Origin: Clostridiales bacterium UBA1248
GTDB lineage: Bacteria > Bacillota > Clostridia > Oscillospirales > CAG-272
DNA length: 53,373 nt
Reading direction: 5' to 3'
Assembly (NCBI GenBank): GCA_002308615.1
Contig: DBWC01000015.1
Location: forward strand, 1-53,373
The notes below the pieces were generated by a model. It did no database searches, was not told the origin of the DNA, and saw only the letters and a program-made list of their open reading frames with translations. This document shows positions 50,572-53,373 of the stretch, piece by piece. A program made the position numbers and the translations under genes. The first letter of the stretch is position 1, and each line of letters starts with the position of its first letter.

Positions 50572-51048
50572 TCAGTTTGTTATGCTGTCGTCGTTTAATA
50601 TCCAGTCGCGGACGTTATACGATACAAAGCACGTGGGAGAGCTTCTTACGATGACTTTTGATATGCCGGCGTTTATTATGAGCCTCTTGCACATCTGGCA
50701 GCTGCAGGCGTTATTGATTATCTCCCCGGTCGCCGCGTCTATACCGCAAAGGTAAAGCGTGGAGTCGAGCATCTGCTCTCTCGTGGCGGAAATTATGCAG
50801 TTTGCCTCCGCGTGTACGGAACGGCAAAGATCGTATCTTTCCTCGCCTTTGCATTTCGCTTCTTCACAGACGCATACGCCCGTGTCGGAACAGTTCTTTC
50901 TTCCGCGCGGCGCGCCGTTATATCCCGTTGAAACGATGGAATCGTTTTTTACGATTATCGCGCCGTACTTGTGCTTGAGACACGTGCTTCTTTCCAGTAC
51001 GGTCCCCGCGATGTCGAGGTAATAATTTGTCTTTGATACTCTGTCCAT
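50572..51048 (-). CDS. Cytidine/deoxycytidylate deaminase family protein (second dCMP-deaminase-like paralog, with a Cys-rich insert)
   Basis: 158 aa. Motifs are HAEANC and CSCQMC. The insert is RGRKNCSDTGVCVCEEAKCKGEERYDLCRSV. Confidence 0.7.
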   Translation of the reverse strand: MDRVSKTNYYLDIAGTVLERSTCLKHKYGAIIVKNDSIVSTGYNGAPRGRKNCSDTGVCVCEEAKCKGEERYDLCRSVHAEANCIISATREQMLDSTLYLCGIDAATGEIINNACSCQMCKRLIINAGISKVIVRSSPTCFVSYNVRDWILNDDSITN

Positions 51049-51080
51049 AATGCTCCCTCTCTTTATTATATTAACACGCC

Positions 51081-51959
51081 TTACAGCGTTTTTGACAGTT
51101 CGATGAGATACTTTCTGAAGTCGTCTTTAACGTCCGGATGCTTGAGAGCTTCTTCTACGTTCGCCTGTAAAAATCCGAGCTTGCTTCCCATATCGTAGCG
51201 TTTACCCTCGTATTCGTAGGATATGACGCCCTTGGTGCGCGCAAGCTGTTTCATCGCGTCGGTCAGCTGCAGCTCGCCGCCTTTGCCGTATTCCGTATGC
51301 TTCAACACGTCGAATATATCGGGCGTAAGGGCAACTCTGCCCAAGATAGCGAGGTTTGAAAACTTCTCCGCGTCGGTCTGCGGCTTTTCGACCATATCCG
51401 TAGTCAGATACGTGCGGTCGGCAAGCTGTTTTTCCGTCTTCATTGAGCAATATCTTTTTACGTCTTCGTCGGATACGCTGCATACGCCCACAACGGCTTT
51501 TCCGTATTTTTCGTACACGTCGCAAAGCTGTTTCGTAACGGGCTTTTCGGCTACCATAACGTCGTCGCCGTAAAGGACCGCGAACGGCTCGTCACCGACG
51601 AATTTCTCCGCACACAGCACGGCGTGGCCTAAGCCCTTCGCCTCTTTCTGCCTTAAAAAGTAAATGTTTGCAAGCGAACAGACCTCTTCCATTTCGGCAA
51701 GCTCTTTCCGCTTGTTTTTCGCCTGCAGTATATCTTTATATTCTATCGAATAATCAAAATAGTTTTCTATGGCTTCTTTGTTTCTGCCTGTTATTATGAG
51801 GATATCCTTTATACCGGAATCCACGGCTTCCCTGATAAGATATTCCATTGAAGGTCTGTCCACTATGGGCAATATCTCCTTCGGTACCGTTCTTGAAATC
51901 GGGAGCATACGCGTGCCGAGGCCCGCGGCGGGAATTACGGCTTTAGTTATTTTTTTCAT
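51081..51959 (-). CDS. galU: UTP--glucose-1-phosphate uridylyltransferase
   Basis: 292 aa. Matching segments are KAVIPAAGLGTRMLP, VPKEILPIVD and VLYGDD. Confidence 0.9.
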   Translation of the reverse strand: MKKITKAVIPAAGLGTRMLPISRTVPKEILPIVDRPSMEYLIREAVDSGIKDILIITGRNKEAIENYFDYSIEYKDILQAKNKRKELAEMEEVCSLANIYFLRQKEAKGLGHAVLCAEKFVGDEPFAVLYGDDVMVAEKPVTKQLCDVYEKYGKAVVGVCSVSDEDVKRYCSMKTEKQLADRTYLTTDMVEKPQTDAEKFSNLAILGRVALTPDIFDVLKHTEYGKGGELQLTDAMKQLARTKGVISYEYEGKRYDMGSKLGFLQANVEEALKHPDVKDDFRKYLIELSKTL

Positions 51960-52518
51960 TTTTGTTTTTCCTCTTTCCGGTTGAAATAAGATCTGAAAGT
52001 CCTGTTTTTGATAAAGTGAACAGAAGCGGAACGCCTAACGCGTAACAAACTACCGTTTCACCTATTGCCACGGTAAGCATATTTAGGAACATGACGCCCG
52101 TTTGAGCCGCCTCCGAAAGCTCAAAGAAACCCTCTCCGGGATAGCAGAAGGTGATCATAACGCCCACGATGACGCCGTTTAAGATTATGACCGGCAGAGG
52201 CGATAAAAACTTCACAAGCTTTCCCGACGATATTTTACCCATCTGCGCCGCTATCAGCACCGCAAGCATCGAGGCGAGCGTGCCGAAGATTATATCCCAT
52301 ATTACGCCGCCGCCGAACAGATTTGCGAGAAGGCATCCCACGGTCAGCCCTATCCACGATTCCGGGAACAAAAGCGGCAGAAGCATAAGCGCTTCCGATA
52401 TTCTAAACTGTATGCTGTAAAAGCTGATCGGCTGGAACGCAAGCGTCAGCGCAACGTACAGCGCCGCGATCACTCCGGATATCGCGATCTTCCTCAAAGT
52501 GATTTTTCTGTGCATCAT
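51943..52518 (-). CDS. queT: QueT-family queuosine-precursor transporter (ECF S-component-like)
   Basis: 191-aa membrane ORF. IQFRISEAL and the overall pattern are typical of QueT. It overlaps the galU start by 17 nt. Confidence 0.7.
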   Translation of the reverse strand: MMHRKITLRKIAISGVIAALYVALTLAFQPISFYSIQFRISEALMLLPLLFPESWIGLTVGCLLANLFGGGVIWDIIFGTLASMLAVLIAAQMGKISSGKLVKFLSPLPVIILNGVIVGVMITFCYPGEGFFELSEAAQTGVMFLNMLTVAIGETVVCYALGVPLLFTLSKTGLSDLISTGKRKNKNEKNN

Positions 52519-52550
52519 ATTTCCTTAACCAAACAATATTCTTATTTTAC

Positions 52551-52579
52551 ATTATATACTATCATTTCGGGAAAATCAA
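52551..52579 (-). promoter_or_regulatory. Sigma-A-type promoter for the queT-galU unit
   Basis: The minus strand reads TTGATT, a 17-nt spacer, then TATAAT. This leaves a 5' UTR of only about 28 nt, containing AAGGAA. Confidence 0.5.
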
Positions 52580-52683
52580 TACTATTTTTTTTGTTTTTTG
52601 TGTATTTATAGTATTTACCGTAATATTTTTCTTGATTTTTATAAGAATATATGATATACTTTAGAAAAGAACGGAGGTGCGTT

Positions 52684-53289
52684 ATGTCGTACGAAGATAA
52701 AAAAAGAGAATTTACGGAAATATATAAAAAATGCATAAAACGGGAAGGCGCGGATAAGCTGCTCGATTACCTTGAAAACAGGTCCGATTTCTTCACCGCC
52801 CCGGCATCGTCTCAGTATCATCTCTGCCGCGAGGGCGGTCTGTGCGAGCACAGCATAAACGTATATAACTGCCTCGTCGATTATCTTTCGCGTCCGCGCG
52901 TAAAGGAGCTTTACGGATTGAACGTTTCGGAGGAGACGGCGGCGATAGCGGCGCTTCTGCACGACGTCTGCAAGACGGACTGCTATATCCCTTCGTTCCG
53001 CAACAAAAAAGACAAAGCCACGGGAAAATGGATAGAGGTCCAGTATTACGAATACAAGGACAAAATGCCCTACGGTCACGGCGAAAAATCCGTTTACATA
53101 ATCTCCGGCTTCATGCGTCTGACGCGCGAGGAGGCGTTTGCGATAAGATACCACATGGGGTATTCGAACACTGATGACACGAGAAACGTAAGCGCCGCGT
53201 TTGAGATGTATCCGCTTGCTTTCGCGTTATCCACGGCGGATATGGAAGCGACGTATTATATAGAAAACAAGGAGAGTGCGGAGGTATGA
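52684..53289 (+). CDS. HD-domain phosphohydrolase-like protein
   Basis: The start was set to ATG 52684 (MSYEDKK), 6 nt after GGAGG at 52673-52677. Matching segments are SSQYHL, LLHDVCK and HMG. Confidence 0.65.
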   Translation: MSYEDKKREFTEIYKKCIKREGADKLLDYLENRSDFFTAPASSQYHLCREGGLCEHSINVYNCLVDYLSRPRVKELYGLNVSEETAAIAALLHDVCKTDCYIPSFRNKKDKATGKWIEVQYYEYKDKMPYGHGEKSVYIISGFMRLTREEAFAIRYHMGYSNTDDTRNVSAAFEMYPLAFALSTADMEATYYIENKESAEV

Positions 53290-53373
53290 CGCAGTTTTTT
53301 TCCGGAGCCGCACCCGTGACTGACTCTGTCAAGTCTTCCGATCTGATAACGTATTTAAAAAACGGCGGGAGTT
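53286..53373 (+). CDS. Partial CDS (5' end only), unknown function
   Basis: ATG 53286 overlaps the upstream stop (ATGA) and follows GGAGG. The frame stays open to the window edge (MTQFFSGAAPVTDSVKSS...). Confidence 0.3.
   Translation, partial: MTQFFSGAAPVTDSVKSSDLITYLKNGGS

Noticed and set aside
52519-52650. preQ1 riboswitch upstream of queT
   Set aside because: One was expected from the QueT context. However, the best promoter leaves only about 28 nt of AT-rich leader. No P1 stem or A-rich tail resembling preQ1-I, -II or -III is visible on the minus strand.
52684-53373. Start of a prophage or mobile region at the right edge
   Set aside because: Only an HD-domain protein and a 29-codon fragment are visible. 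A strand switch and an AT-rich gap alone are insufficient evidence.

Overview
This 53.4-kb chromosomal segment looks like a Gram-positive anaerobe, probably Clostridia and Ruminococcus/Oscillospiraceae-like. That placement is an inference from dockerin modules, Rex, a DnaD-domain protein plus a DnaC/DnaI-like loader, and many TTGACA-17-TATAAT promoters with TGn extensions. I support about 45 CDS, nearly all on the minus strand, and one tRNA-Gln(UUG). Gene content, left to right: (i) a GH99/WbsX-like protein, an SPFH protein with three C-terminal zinc ribbons, an ArsB/NhaD-type permease, two dockerin proteins, a dCMP deaminase, a PfkB kinase and a VanY-type peptidase. (ii) tRNA-Gln followed by about 850 bp of non-coding DNA made of stacked hairpins and palindromic repeats. 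(iii) An operon of membrane-anchored surface proteins, two of them with LamG domains, with a divergent AraC regulator. (iv) A 12.5-kb xylose/arabinose operon (xylA, a 968-aa unassigned GH-like lipoprotein, a GH51-like enzyme, xylB, two GH43, a GH95 remnant, GH3) with a second divergent AraC paralog. (v) An HD-GYP remnant, a TVP38-PlsC fusion, a YfcC permease, nfo, an unknown protein and a deoxyinosine glycosylase. (vi) Two more anchored surface proteins, one a paralog of the 968-aa GH-like protein. (vii) An overlapping operon of an IDH-like gene, rex, a DnaD-domain gene and a dnaC/dnaI-like gene, preceded by a DnaA-box cluster, then tsaD, rimI, a second deaminase, galU and queT. No CRISPR array, transposase, integrase or recognisable defence genes were seen. 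The most unusual signals are non-coding. First, a 284-bp inverted-repeat-bounded, multi-helix element (184-467) sits where a paralogous repeat copy at 12315-12321 has only 7 nt. Second, a mosaic palindromic repeat family is built from CTAATGAAG/CTTCATTAG blocks. Third, seven ATC...GAT hairpins joined by GAA/TTC linkers lie downstream of tRNA-Gln. Fourth, a DnaA-box cluster lies next to tsaD. All product calls come from motif recognition by eye; no database search was run.
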